From Mobula hypostoma (lineage: Eukaryota), in assembly GCF_963921235.1 (NCBI RefSeq), contig NC_086097.1, positions 186,684,001 through 186,748,000 on the forward strand: a stretch of DNA of 64,000 bases, in the 5' to 3' direction. This document shows positions 11,955-26,092 of this stretch, in pieces (position 1 is the first letter of the stretch; each line of letters starts with the position of its first letter). The position numbers and the translations under genes are program-made. The notes below the pieces were generated by a model. That model saw only the letters and a program-made list of their open reading frames with translations, ran no database searches and was not told the origin of the DNA.

Positions 11955-13090
11955 ATAGCCATAGAATAAAACAGCATAAATATAGGCCCTTTGGCCCAAT
12001 GAGTCCATGCTGACCAAGGTGCACATTTAACTAGTCCCAATTTCCTGAGTTCAGACCATATGCCTCTAAGCCTTGCCCCTCCATGTATCCATTCAAGTAT
12101 ATCTCTAAGTATTCTGTTGTAACTGGCTCAACCACTTCCTCTGGCAGCTTAGGACCATAGGGCACAGCCCTAGAATAGAAGAATGGGGGGGGGGGGGTGG
12201 CATTCTCACTGAAACCTATTGAATGTTGAAAGGCCTAGATAGAGTGGATGTGGAGGGGATGTTTCCTATAGAGGGTGAGTCTAAGACTGGGGACACAGCC
12301 TCAGAATATGGAGATGTCCATTTAGAAATGAGATAAGGAGGAATTTCTTTAGCCGGGGTTGGTGAATCTTTGGTGTTCGTTGCCACAAGCAGCTTGTTCA
12401 ATATGCTCACAACTTTCCGCGAGAAAAAAAATCCTTTCAGGTTCCTTTTAAATCTTTCCTCTCTCATCGAGTTCATAGTATAAGCCATATGCTGGTCTGA
12501 CTTTCCAAAATGCATCAGCTGACACTTATCTGACACTATATTGAAATCCATTTTCCACTCCTCAACCCATCTCCCTAACTGATCAAGATCTCCAGCAATC
12601 TACGATAAACTTCTTCACTATCAACAACACCTTTTAATTTTGTCATGCTTAAACCTATTGACCCATCTTTTGAATTAACATCCAAATCATTTATATAAAT
12701 AACAAATAGCAAGGGTCCCAACACTGACCCTTGTGACACACCAATAATCACCGGCTTTCATTCTGAGAAACAATTTTGAACCACCACCCTCTGCTTCCTA
12801 CCTCCGAGCCAATTTTAAATCCACCTAACTACCTCTCCCTGGATTCCATGGGACCTAACCTTCCAGACCCTCCAACAAAGCAGGAACTTGTTGAAAGCCA
12901 TGCTAAACTCTAAATAGAAAACATCCACTGCCCAACATTCATCTACCTTTGTGGTTATCTCTTCAAAAAACTTTAGGAGGTTCATTAAGCATTGATTTTT
13001 CATGCACAAAACTACAGACTCTTCCTAACCAAACTCTGTCTATCCAAATGTGGTCCCTCAAAATTCCTCCAGTAACCTTCCCACAAATGA
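11955..13090 (-). mobile_element. Degraded CR1 LINE pieces, mainly minus, with a plus-strand piece at ~12150-12390
   Basis: Peptides CLMNLLKFFEEITTKVDE...VDVFYLEFSMAFNK...HGIQGEVVRWI; CR1-type 3' tail near 11955. Confidence 0.75.
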
Positions 13091-13373
13091 TCTCTTGCTG
13101 CGCACCTATTAAAGAATTTAATGGTTGGCAACTGTAATGGAAGCCTTGCAGACAATAATGCAGATTCATGTTCTTTTGCTGGTGGGCATGTATTTCAATG
13201 TCACGTCCACTAACAAAGTTCTGGCATAGTTGTACAGGGCAAACGAAATAGCAACTCTGGCTTTTTGTTATTACTGGACACCTGTATATGTTCAAAGATA
13301 ATTACTCTATAATAACAGAGAGAAATGATGACATTGATATTTTTATCAACTAAATCAGGTCTAAAGATACCTA

Positions 13374-13496
<123 letters not shown>

Positions 13497-13934
13497 TCAC
13501 AAAATAGTTATATATGTTAAACATTTTAGAAAATATACAAAAACTAAGTGGTGAGAAAAATAATTTGGAGCATTTTTGAAGTATTAATAAGATAATCCTA
13601 TTCTTTGAGAAGCTAGTGATAAAGCCAAGTAACTGTAGTGCACTCTTAGGTGATACACTGCAGTTACAGTATCCCACTCATGAAAGAATGAATGTTTTAG
13701 GTGGCTGGGGTGCAAATCAAAAGTCAAGCACCCAAAACATTAATTCTGTTTCTCTTCATTTGGACAACATCTTACCTTCTAAGTATTTCCAGCCTTCTCT
13801 GTTTTATGCCACTTTTTTCTTTCTCTGATCCATGACCATAACATCTTCTATGGGCAAGTTCACAACTCCTTAACTATTGAGATAGCTATGAATACAGGTT
13901 AGTATGTATCTTGCATGAAAGTATTAAACTGAGG

Positions 13935-16750
13935 GGGGGGGCGCAGTTGGAATTACTAGACTGTGAGACAGGAACCAGGGAATGCTAATTGGGAATAGCT
14001 TCTTTTGAGCAAGCTTAAATCTGGCACGTGGAGGTTGTTTAAAGACCAACTGCACAAAGTTCAAGATAGGTATGTTCCATCAAGAAGGAAGGACAAGAAT
14101 GACAAAAATGTCAGATGACTAGAGAGGTTATGAATTTGGTCAAGAAAGAAAAATAAACAAATGTATGGGTTAGGAAGCTAAAATCGAAGAGCTCAGGAGG
14201 ATTATAAAGAAGCCAAAAAAGAAGGTAATAAGAGAATTAGGAAAGCTGGGTGGGGCCATGGAAAGTTCTTGGCAAGGAGGGTTAAAAAGAATACAAGGCA
14301 TTCTATACATACATCAAGAGCATGAAGATAATTAGGAAGAAGGTAGGACACTGAAGGATAAAGAAGGGAACATATGCTTGGAGGTGATGATGGGGGCAAG
14401 GCCCTAAATGAGTACTTAGCATGGATATTCACCAAGGAGAGGAACACAGAGGACAGAACATAGATGAATACAGCACAGTACAGGCCCTTTTCCCTTTTGA
14501 TAGTGTTCTGACCCTTAAACCTACCCTCAGATCAATCTAACTTTCCCTTCCACATAGCCCTCAATTTTTCTTTCATTCATGTGCCTATCTAAAAAATCTC
14601 TTAAATGACAACACCTGGCAGCGCATTTCATGCATTAACTCGACTCTTTGTAAAAACTTACTTCTGACATCCCCCCCCCCATATTCTCCTCCAATCATCT
14701 TAAAAATTATGCCCCCTCCTAATTAGCCATTTCCACCCTGAGAAAATGTCTCTGGCTGTCGACTCTATCTATACGTCTTAACATCACGTGCACCTCAATA
14801 AAGCCATCACCCATGCTCCTTCGCTCCAAAGAGAAAAGCCCTAGCTCACTCAACCCATCCTCATAAAACATGCTCTGTGATCCAGGTAGCATCCTGGTAA
14901 GTCTCCTCTGCACACTATATAAAGTTTCCACATCCTTCCTAAAACAAGGTGACCAGAACTGAACACAATACTCCAGGTGTGGTCTGATAAGAGTTTAATA
15001 GAGTCACCACAATAACTTGCAGCTTGAACTCAATGGCCTGACTAATGAAAGCCAGCACACTGTGTGCCTCCTTAATCACCCAACTCATTCATAAAAATCA
15101 ACTTGCACAGCAACTTTGAGGACCTTAATATCCCTTCGTTCCTCCACATTGCCAAGAATCCCACCACTAATCCTCTATTCTGCCTTAAAGTTCGACCTTC
15201 ACAGTTCTCACCATTTGCCACTTCTCAGCCCATCTATGCATCCTATCAATGTCTCACTGTAACCCATGACGAACTTCTACACTATCCACAACACTATCAA
15301 TCTTTGTGTTATCTGCAAACTTACTAATCCACCCTTCCACTTCCTCATCCAACTCATGTATACAAAGCATGAAGAGCAGGGGTCCCACAACAGATTCCTG
15401 TAGAACACCACTGGTTACTCACCTCCAGACAGAATATACTCTCTACCTTCTCACTTTCTGTGGAGCTTGAGACTGCGGGAACAATTACTTGTGGACTGTA
15501 GCAGCAGATTTCAAAAATGAGTGGTGCCTTTTGAAACTCCCTGCTGAGCTTGAGAACATTTGGTTATTAGGTACTTGGCAGGGGCTAATAAAAAGTTAGG
15601 TTTAAGTGGAGTGACCATTTTGGGAGCAGCCATTATGTGAGTGGGACAGAGGTTCAAGGGGGAACCAAGGCTTTTGCTCAAGAGGCTTCAGTGAGAGGAG
15701 AGGCTAGTTTGAAGTTTTTGTCGTTTCTCTTTTTTAATGGTGCCTAACTAAGCAGTGAGAATGGATCCCAGGTTAGTATTATATTCCTGTGGGAGATCTG
15801 GGAGACCTAGTCTTCCTGACGGCTACATCTGCGAAAGTGTATCTGGGTACAGCTCTACAGACTGTGTTAAGGAACTGGATCTGGATGACCTTTGGCTCAT
15901 TTGGGAGTATCAGGAGGTGACAGATAAGAGCTACAAGGAGGTAGTCACACCTAAGTTGCAAGACGCAGATAGCTGGGTAACTGTCAGGAGAGGGAAAGGG
16001 AATAGGAAGATATTGCAGAGTACCCCATGCAACTGTTCCCCTCAGTAATAAGTATACCGCTTTCCTCAATAATAAGTATACCGCTTTGGATACTTTTGGG
16101 GAAAGCTGCAGCAACTAGGTCTCTGGCACTGAATCTGGCTCTGTGGCTCAGAATGGAATGGGGGAGAAGACAGCAGTGGTAAAGGGGATTCAACAGCCAG
16201 AGGAGCAGACATGAAGGAGACACTTGGATGGTATGTTGCCTTCTAGATGCCAGGGTCAAAGATACCTCAGATTGAGTCTGCAGCATTCGTTAGCTTATTT
16301 AGTTTGGTACAACATTGTGAGCCAAGGGGGCTGTTCCTGTCCTGCACCATTCTATGTTCTATAATCTGTTGCCTTGTAATATCACCATTTTATAAGACAT
16401 AGGAGCAGAATTAAGCATCTCATCCGCCATTCAATCTAAGCTGTTTTATTACTGCCTCTCAACAACATTCTCTTTCCATTTTCCCATAACCTTTGACATC
16501 CTTACTAATCCAGAACCTATCAACACCTGCTTTAAATATACGCAAAGACTTGGTCTCCAGAGCTGTCCGTAGCAATGAATTCCACAGATTTACCATCCTT
16601 GGTTATTTCCTCAAAGAATTCCAACAGACTTGACAGGCAATATCTTTCCTTAAGGAAACATATTTTATCATATGCTTCCAAGTACTCCAAAACCCCATCC
16701 TTAATAATGGACTCTAACATCTCAAGAACCACTAAGTTTTGCTAAATGGC
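13935..16750. mobile_element. Cluster of degraded CR1 fragments in both orientations, including a plus-strand 5'/ORF1 remnant at ~15480-16290
   Basis: VQRRLTRMLPG...LGLFSLERR (14719-14931, minus); ORF1-like SLPDGYICE...SWVTVRRGKG (plus); LESIIKDG...LLEFFEEIT (16532-16732, minus). Confidence 0.75.
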
Positions 16751-17399
16751 CTAGATGGAGAATTTCCTGAATGGGGAAGTGAGGTGACTTTTTTTTTTCT
16801 TTCTTACTTCTCTTCTAATATTTGTGCATTTGTATATCTGTGTACTTACAATGCTACTGTGACACTGTAATTTCCTTTAGGATCAATAAAATATCTATCT
16901 ATAATTTCTAGTCTTTCACCTCCCTCCCTTCTCAAACATATTAGCAAACCACAAAAGTTACATTTTGAAGTTTTCTTATTCTAATATAATGTTTTCTACC
17001 TCTTCTTTCCTCCACATATCTACGTGATCTACCAAGAACCACCAGCATTTTCCTATTTTTATCCCAGAAGTAAACGCTCAACCTATTTCCCATAAACCAG
17101 GTTTAAACTCTAAGGGAAGTTTTACATTACCACAGAGTTTGCAGAAGGATCTGATAATAATATGATTCAGGATCTAGCACTGTCAAACATATCATAAATA
17201 TCTTTAATGTACTTAATATGCCACGGGGTACTTTGAATGAACCTGCAAAAAAGCAAGATTTAAAGTTTTCAGACCTGTCAAGTAATATAACTGAAATAAA
17301 TGTTATCTCCTATTATTGGCGAAAACAGGGATTGAAGCAGCAACACTTTAAGCAACAACATTATCCATCTCAAAATAAGCATCAAGACAATCAATATTA

Positions 17400-17621
<222 letters not shown>

Positions 17622-18282
17622 CTAGTGTGCGAGAAAACAAAAGTGTAACCAAACAGTTTTTAACCTATCAAACTATACTGCAGCTCAGAATTTCACATCA
17701 TATGGATGGTTTGGGGTTTTAAAAAAGGGCACTCTGTCAGATGAATGTTTAAATATTCAGAATTCAAAACCCCATACAATTACCAATAGCACTGAAGGTA
17801 CATGAAACATCTACTCAGCCAAATGAAGCCATTGACAGGAGTAATTGCAAGGAAGAGGATTGAGATTCCCAGTACTGGGAACCATGATTTTCTCACAGAT
17901 ATTTTTTGTAGTTTTGTATAAGACCATAAGACATCGGAGCAGAATTTACCATTCAGCCCATGAGTTTGCTTTGCCATTCTATCATGGAAGATTGATTATC
18001 CCTCTCAACTACATTCTCCTGCCTTCACTCCATAATCTTTGATCCCCTGACTAATCAAGAACCTATCAATCTCCACCTTAAATAAACTCAATGGCCTGAC
18101 CTCAACAGCTGTCTGTGGCAATTAATTGTACAGATTCACTGCCATCATGCTAAAGAAATTCCACCTCATTTCTTTTCTAAATGGATGTCCCTCTATTCGG
18201 AGGTTGTGCATTGGTCCTAGACTGTCCCACTATAGGAAACTTCCTCTCCACATCCACCCTAGCTAGGCCTTTCAATATTCAG

Positions 18283-18391
18283 AACCAGAATCAGGTTTAT
18301 TATCATCGGAATGTGCTGTGAAATTTGTTAACTTAGCAGCATAGTACAATGCAATACATGATATATAAAATAAATAAAACAATTACAGTAA

Positions 18392-18440
<49 letters not shown>

Positions 18441-19035
18441 AGATTAAAACATTAAAACTGGTGTAAAAATAGAAAAAATATGTATATTAAAAAATAAGTG
18501 AGGTAGTGTTCATGGGTTCAATGTCCACTTAGGAATCAGATAGCAGAGGGAAAGAAGTTGTTCCTGAATTGCTGAGTGTTTGCCTTCAGGCTTCTATACC
18601 TCCTTCCTGCGGTAACAATGAAAAGAGGGCACGCCCCAGATGATAGGGGCCCTTGAAATTGGATGTCGCCTTTCTTGGGCACTGCTCTTTGAAGGTGTCT
18701 TGGGTACTACGGAGGATAGTATCCAAGATGGAGCTGACTAATTTTACGACTTTCTGTAGCTTCTTTTGGTCCTGTGCAGTAGCAACCTCCCCCCGCCCCC
18801 CACCTGTACCAGACAGTGATGCAGCCTGTCAGAATGCTCTCCACAGTACATCTATAGAGGTTTTCAAGTGTTTTAGTTAACAAATCTCCTCAGTCCTGAT
18901 GAAATATAGTCACTGTCTTGCCTTCTTTATAGCTACATAAATATGTTGGGACCGGATTAAATCCTCAGAGATCTTGACACCCAGGAACTTGAAATTGCTC
19001 ACTCTCTCCACTTCTGATCCCTCTATGAGGACTGA
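18283..19035 (-). mobile_element. Rex1/L2-type LINE 3' fragment nested in a minus-strand CR1 tail (17920-18280 and 19040-19190)
   Basis: Short-repeat tail at the left end, RT C-terminal remnant, CR1 sequence resumes on both sides. Confidence 0.65.
18393..18436. repeat. (TG)4(TA)18 microsatellite
   Basis: Read directly from the sequence. Confidence 0.95.
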
Positions 19036-19199
19036 TTCAATATTCAGTAAGTTTCAATGAGATTTCCCTCCATTCTTATAAACTCCAATGAGTACAGGCC
19101 CAGAGCCATTTAACACACCTCATACTTTCACTCCTGGAATCATTCTCATGAACCTCCTCCGGACCCTCTCCAATGCCAGCACATCTCACCTTAGATCAG

Positions 19200-20155
19200 C
19201 GATCAATGATTTAGATGATGGAATAGATAGCTTTACTGCCAAGTTTGTAGATGATTAGAAGACTGCTGGAGGGGCAGGTAGTGTTGAGGAAACAGGTAGG
19301 CTTCAGAAGAACTTAAACTGATTAGGAGAATGGGCAAGAGAGTGGCAAATGAAATATAGTGTTCGAAAATGCATGGTCATGCACTTTGGTAGTAGAAATA
19401 AATGTGTAGACTATTTTCTAAACAGGGAGAAAATCCAAAAATCTGAGACGCAGAGGGACTTGGGAGTCCATGTGCAGGACACTCTAAAGGTTAACCTGCA
19501 GGTAGAGGAAGGCAAATGCAATGTTAGCATTCAATTCAAGAGGTCTATGAGAGCAGGGATGTGATGCTAAGGCTTTATAAAGCACTGGTGAGGCTTCAAC
19601 TCGAGTATAGTGAACAGTTTTAGGCTCCTTATCTAAGAAAAGATGTGCTGGTATTGGAGAGGATTCAGAGCAAGTTCACAAGGATGACTCCGATAATGAA
19701 AGGGTTCTCATACGAGGAACGCTTGATAGTTCTGGGGCGGGACTTGCCAGAATTTAGAAGGATGAGGGGAGATTTCATTGATACCTTCCGAATGTTGAAA
19801 GTCCTAGACAGAGTAGATGTGGAAAGGATGTTCCCCATGGTGGGGGAGTCTAGGACAAGAGGGCACAGCCTCAGGATAGAGAGGCATCCATTTAAAACTG
19901 AGATTCAGAGAAATTTCTTTAGCCAGAGTGTGGTGAATTTGTGGAATTTATTACCACAGGCAGCTGTGGAGGCCAGGTCATTGGGTGTTATTTCAGTCAG
20001 AGCTTGATCAGTTCTTGATTGGATATGGCATCAAAGATTATGAAGAAAAAGATGGGGAATGGGGCTGAGGAGGGGAAAAATGTATCAGCCATGACTGAAT
20101 GGCAGAGCAGACTTGATGAGCCAAATGGCTTAATTCTGCTCCTATGTCTTATGGT
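19200..20155 (+). mobile_element. 5'-truncated CR1 LINE (RT C-terminus and 3' UTR)
   Basis: KCMVMHFGSRN, LERIQSKFTRM...SRTRGHSLRI...RNFFSQSVVNLWNLLP; tail CTCCTATGTCTTATGGTCT. Confidence 0.85.
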
Positions 20156-23100
20156 CTGAGGGGCCCAAAATTGCTCACAATACTCTAACTGTGGTCTGAC
20201 CGACACCTTATAAAACCTAGGCATTACATCCTTGCTCTCGTATTTGAAATGAATGCTAATGTTGTATTAGCCTTTCTTACCATTGACTCAACCTGTAGGG
20301 AATCCTGCACAAGGACCCTCAAGTCCCTTTGCACTTCTGATTTTTGAAATTTCTTACCGTTTAGAACGTGGCAGAAAATATTCTACACTTTTATTCTTTC
20401 CACCAAAGTGCACGGCCATATACTTCCCTACACTATATTCCATCTGCTACTTCTTTACCCAATCTCCCAATCTGCCTAAGTCCTTCTGCAGACTCACTGC
20501 TTCCTCAACACTAGTTGCCCCTCCAACTATCTTTATATCATCCGCAAACCAAGCCCCAAAGCCATCAATTCTATCATTAACATATAACATGAAAAGAAGC
20601 AGTCCCAACACCAGCCCCAGCAGAATACCACTAGTCATTGGCAGCCAGCAAGAATTGACCCCATTTATTCCAACTCTTTTCCTCCTATTAGTTAGCCAAT
20701 CTTCTATCTATGATAGTATCTTTCCTGCAATACACTGGGTTCTTAAGCAGCTTCATGTGTGACACTGTGTCAAAGGCCTTCAGAAAATCAAAGTACACAA
20801 CATCCACCAACTTCTTTTGTCTATCCTATCCCGTTATTTCCTCAAAGAATCCCAATAGATTTGTCAGGCAAGATTTCCACTTAAGGAAAACACTGTGACA
20901 TTGGCCTATTTTTTCATGTACTTCCAAGTACCCTGAAACCTGATCCTTAATAATGGACTCCCACATCAAGTCGTCAAGTCAATTTTATTGTCATTTCGAC
21001 CATAACTGCTGGTACAGTACACAGTAAAAATGAGACAATGTTTTTCAGGACCATGGTGCTACATGAACAATACAAAAACTACACATTTCCCAACACTGAA
21101 GTTAGACTAGCTGGCCTACCTCCCTCCCTTAGTAAACAATGGAATAACATTTTCAATTTTCCAGTTCTTTGGAACCATTCCAGAATCTAATGATTTTTGA
21201 AAGATCACTATGAATGACTCTACAATTTCTTCAGCTACCTCTTTCAGAACCCTGGTGTATAGTTCATCTGTTGCACATGATTTGCCTACCTTCAGAACTT
21301 TCAGCTTCCCAAGCACCTTCTCCTTAGTAATAGCAATTACACTCACTTCTGCCCCTTGACGCTCTCGAACTTCTGGCATAGTAGAGACTGACACAAAATA
21401 CATATTGTTTGTCTGCTATTTTCTGTCCCCCATTACTATATCTCCAGTGTCATTTTCCAGTGGACCGATAGCCACTCTTGCCTCTCTTTTATTCATTATG
21501 TATCTGTTATCCTCTTTTATATTATTGGTTAGATTACCTTTATATTTCATCTTTTTTTCTCTTTAGGTCTCTTTTAGTTACCTTCTGTTAATTTTTAAAA
21601 GCTTCCCAATCCTCTAACTTCCCACTAATTTTTGGTATATTATGTGCCCTCTCTTTTCTTTTGCTGCTGTCTTTGACTTCCCTTGCCAGCCATGGTTGCC
21701 TCATCCTCCCTTTAGAATACTTCATCTTTGGGATGTATCTATCTTGCGCCTTCGGAACTGCCCCCAAAAACTCCACCCTTTGCTGTTCCGCCATCATCCC
21801 TGCTGGAGACACCTTCCAATATACTTTGGCCAACTCGTCTCTCATGCCTCTGTAATTCTCTTTACTCCACTGGAATAGTCATAGTCATACTTTACTGATC
21901 CCGGGGGAAATTGGTTTTCGTTACAGTTGCACCATAAATGGTAAATAGTAATAGAACCGTAAATAGTTAAATAGTAATATGTAAATTATGCCAGTAAATT
22001 ATGAAATAAGTCCAGGTCCAGGCTATTGGCTCAGGGTGTCTGACCCTCCAAGGGAGGAGTTGTAAAGTTTGATGGCCACAGGCAGGAATGACTTCCTATG
22101 ATGCTCCATGTTGCATCTCGGTGGAATGAGTCTCTGGCTGAATGTACTCCTGTGCCCACCCAGTACATTATGTAGTGGATGGGAGACATTGTCCAAGATG
22201 GCATGCAACTTAGACAGCGTCCTCTTTTCAGACACCACCGTGAGAGAGTCCAGTTCCATCCCCACAACATCACTGGCCTTACGAATGAGTTTGTTGATTC
22301 TGTTGGTGTCTGTTACCCTCAGCCTGATGCCCCAGCACACAACAGCAAACATGATAGCACTGGCCACCACAGACTCATAGGACATCCTCAGCATTGTCCA
22401 GCAGATGTTAAAGGACCTCAGTCTCCTCAGGAAATAGAGACGGCTCTGACCCTTCTTGTAGACAGCCTCAGTGTTCTTAGACCAGTCCAGTTTATTGTCA
22501 ATTCGTATCCCCAAGTATTTGTAATCCTCCACCATGTCGACACTAACCCCCTGGATGGAAACAGGGGTCACCGGTACCTTAGCTCTCCTCAGGTCTACCA
22601 CTAGCTCCTTAGTCTTTTTCACATTAAGCTGCAGATAATTCTGCTCACACCATGTGACAAAGTTTCCTACCGTAGACCTGTACTCAACCTCATCTCCCTT
22701 GCTGATGCATCCAACTATGGCAGAGTCATCCGAAAACTTCTGAAGATGACAAGACTCTGTGCAGTAGTTGAAGTCCGAGGTGTAAATGGTGAAGAGAAAG
22801 GGAGACAAGACAGTCCCCTGTGAAGCCCCAGTGTTGCTGATCACTCTGTCGGACACACAGTGTTGCAAGCATACGTACTGTTGTCTGCCAGTCAGTTAAT
22901 CAAGGATCCATGATACCAGGGAAGCATCCACCTGCATCGCTGTCAGCTACTCCCCCAGCAGAGCAGGGTGGATGGTGTTCAACGTGCTGGAGAAGTCAAA
23001 AAACATGACCCTCACAGTGCTCGCTGGCTTGTCCAGGTGGGCGTAGACACGGTTCAGCAGGTAGACGATAGCATCCTCAACTCCTAGTCGGGGCTGGTAG

Positions 23101-23985
23101 GCGAACTGGAGGGGATCTAAGTGTGGCCTGACCATAGGCCGGAGCAGCTCCAGAACAAGTCTCTCATCTGACTTTATCTTCTCCCTCTCAAACTGCAGGG
23201 TGAATTCTATCATATTATGATCACTGCCTCCTAAGGTTCCTTTACTTTAAGTTCCCTAATCAAATTTGGTTCATTACACAACACTCAATCCAGAATTGTC
23301 TTTCCCCTAGATTGCTCAATCACAAGCTGCTTTAAAAAGCCATCACGTAGGCATTCTCCAAATCCTCTCTTGGGATCCACCACCAATTTTTCAAATCTAC
23401 TGACATATTGAAATCCCCCATGACTATAGTAATATTGCCCTTTTGACATGCCTTTTCTATCTCCCATTTTAATTTGTATTCCACATCCTCGTTACTATTT
23501 GGAGGCCTATGCATAACTCCCATCAGTGCCTTTTTACTCTTGCAGTTTCCTAACTCTACCCACAAGGATTCTATATATTCAGATCCTAATTCACCTCTTT
23601 CTAAGGAATTGATTTAACTTTTTACCAACAGAGCCAGCATCCCCTCTGCCTACCCGCCTGTCCTTTCGATACAAGTTATATCCTTGGACCTGATGATCTT
23701 CTTTGTCAAGCAACTTCATACCTGCCAATCTCTGTCTGCGCTGCAAGTTTATCTACCTTATTCCTTTTACTTCATGCAATGAAATATAATATCTTCAACC
23801 CTGTATTCATCACTCTTTTTGATTATGCCCTCATGTTACACTTCAACTCATTTGACTAATTGCAATTTTGCTCTATCATCTACCTGTACTTCCTCACAGT
23901 CTCGCTGCACACTGCATCTACTTGTATACCAACTGCCCCATCCTCAGCCCTGCCACTCCGGTTCTCATCCCCCGCTAAATTAGCT
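20155..23985 (-). mobile_element. Degraded CR1 LINE ORF2, interrupted by a Rex1-like insertion at ~21876-23165
   Basis: Ordered EN-RT remnants WVELGNCK...RPPNS...MGDFN, MRDELAKVYW, KVLGKLKVLK, LLFMLYVND...FADD. Confidence 0.85.
21876..23165 (-). mobile_element. Rex1/Babar-like LINE, 5'-truncated (RT domain to 3' tail)
   Basis: In-frame ORFs LDPLQFAY...FFDFSS and TGASQGTVLSPFLFTIYT...FSDD...YKYLG...RLYFLRRL, broken by two point stops; (GACTAT)n-type tail; the same tail recurs at ~43121-43248 and ~56041-56110. Confidence 0.85.
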
Positions 23986-24321
23986 TACAAGGGAATATCA
24001 AGGGAAATGTTTCTGCTTCTGAAGCAGGAGTCAGGAAAGGAATGCTGTCTATGACTTTAAAATTGACAAAGGTATTTCAAAATAAATTTTTAGCATTGAT
24101 AATTATCGTTAGACAACCTGATGCTATTTTAAAGATGACGTGGCCCCCTCCTTCCTCCACTTTAGCTCTAAGTTGTAAATTCATGTGGAAAAGGAACTCT
24201 GATATTTGAAATGAGCTCAGTTAGCCATGTGGAAGTGACTGTTCGTGCACTGATCCCTGTACATGTTGGCATGGCAGTGCCAGAGGCAATGGTGCTCTGC
24301 ATTCCCAATGGTTATACATAC

Positions 24322-24408
24322 ATCAGGCAGCCCTGTCAGTTCAGACATCTGCTCCACAGCAGACTTCACAGACACTGGATCTCTCACATCACACTGAATT
24401 GAGTGAAC
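24322..24408 (-). CDS. DECR1: DECR1 exon 4 (87 nt)
   Basis: ttcag|GTT...GAT|gtatgt; encodes VHSIQCDVRDPVSVKSAVEQMSELTGLPD. Confidence 0.96.
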
Positions 24409-24689
24409 CTGAAAGAAAAGTATGACAACATCAAATTCATGTAATTAATAGAGAGCTACATAAAGACAATAAACTACAAAATTAGCCTCTGATTTCTGTC
24501 CATGGATCTGTGTACTCGCCAGTCTGCTTAGTTTGAATTTGTTCCCAAGGAAACAAAGAAAAGGATTGCATACCCTTATAAAATTGGTCCTGAATGCACA
24601 GATATTGAAAGATTGAAAACATAAAAATAACAAATTAAATCCATCATGAATGAATGTGAAATATTCAAGCATTAAGACGTGGCAGGAGT

Positions 24690-26092
24690 GCCTTGTTCAA
24701 GAGGGACAGGTGGCACCTAAACTGGGGTGGGGGGGAATCCAATATCCTGGCCAAGAGGTTCATTAGTGCTACTCAGGAGGATTTAAATTAGTTTGGGAGA
24801 GGGATGGGAACCAGACCATCACGATAGAAAGTGGAGGAATATAGAGGGAGGTAGATGTCAGGGGCAGTAAAACCAGGCAGGAGCAAAGCAATATATACGA
24901 CAGGATGGACAGTTTGAAATGTGTGTATGTTAATTTTAGGAGTCTTATGGGATAGGTGATGAACTCAGAGCATCTGTACATGGAACTATGATGTTGTGGC
25001 TATTACAGATGTTTGAGCAAGGGACAGGAATGGGTTTTGATGTTTTAGGAAAGATAGAGGGCGGTAAAAGTTGTAGGCTAATCAGGGACAATATCACAAC
25101 TGCACTCAGAGGGGACAGAATGGAGGGCTCATCCACTGATTCTATATTGGTAGAGCTCAAAAATGGGAAGGGTGCGATCACTCTAATGGGATTGTACTAC
25201 AGGAACCCCCAAAAGCCACTGGGGCATTGAGGACCAGATACCTGTTTGAAGGCAGATTAAAGAAAGGTGTGAAAACAAGAAGGTTGTTGTCATGGAGGTC
25301 TTCAACTTTCCCTGATATAAACTGGGACCTTTTTAGTGCAGGTGGGTTAGATGGGACAGAATTTGTTAGGTGCATGCAGGAGGGTTTCGTAAAGCGATAT
25401 GTAGATTGTCCAACAAGAGAAGGGACTATGCTGGACCTGGTGCTGTGTAAGGACAGCATGCTTGCCTTCATTAGTCATTTATTGACTAATATCACTAATA
25501 ATAAGATAGCATAATGGGTATTAGGTTCAAAAGTCAGGATGTTATGTTGCAGCTTAGTAAAACTCTAGTTAGGCCCCATCTGGAGTACCGCATATAGCTC
25601 TGGTTGCCTTATTATAGGAGGGAAGCTGAGGCTTCGGAGGGTGCAGAAAAGGTTTACTCGGATGCTGGCTGGATTAGTTGGCATGTGCTATAATGAGAAC
25701 TCCAGTTGTTTTCTCTGGAACTGTGGAGGCTGAGGGGAGATCAAGATTATAAGAGGCGTAGACAGACTGTATTTTTTTCCCAGGGTTGAAATGCCTAATA
25801 CCAGTGGGCATACATTTAACGTGAGAGGGGGCCATTTTAAAGAAGATGTAAAGGGCATGCTTTTTACACAGAGAGTGATGGGTGCCTGGAACGCACCTCC
25901 TGGGATGGTGGTAGAGACAATACATTAGGGAATTTTACAAGACATTTAGATAGGCACATGAATGTGAGGAAAATGGAAGGATATGGATATTGTGTAGACA
26001 GAAGAGATTAATTTAGTTAGCCATTTGATTACTATTTTAATTGGTTCAGCACAACGTTGTGGACTGAAGGGACTGTTCCTGTTCTATGTTCT
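24690..26092 (+). mobile_element. Degraded, internally deleted CR1 LINE (ORF1 end, endonuclease, 3' end)
   Basis: STDSILVELKNGKGAITLMGLYYR, FPDINWD...CPTREGTMLDLVL; tail GTTCTATGTTCTA. Confidence 0.8.
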
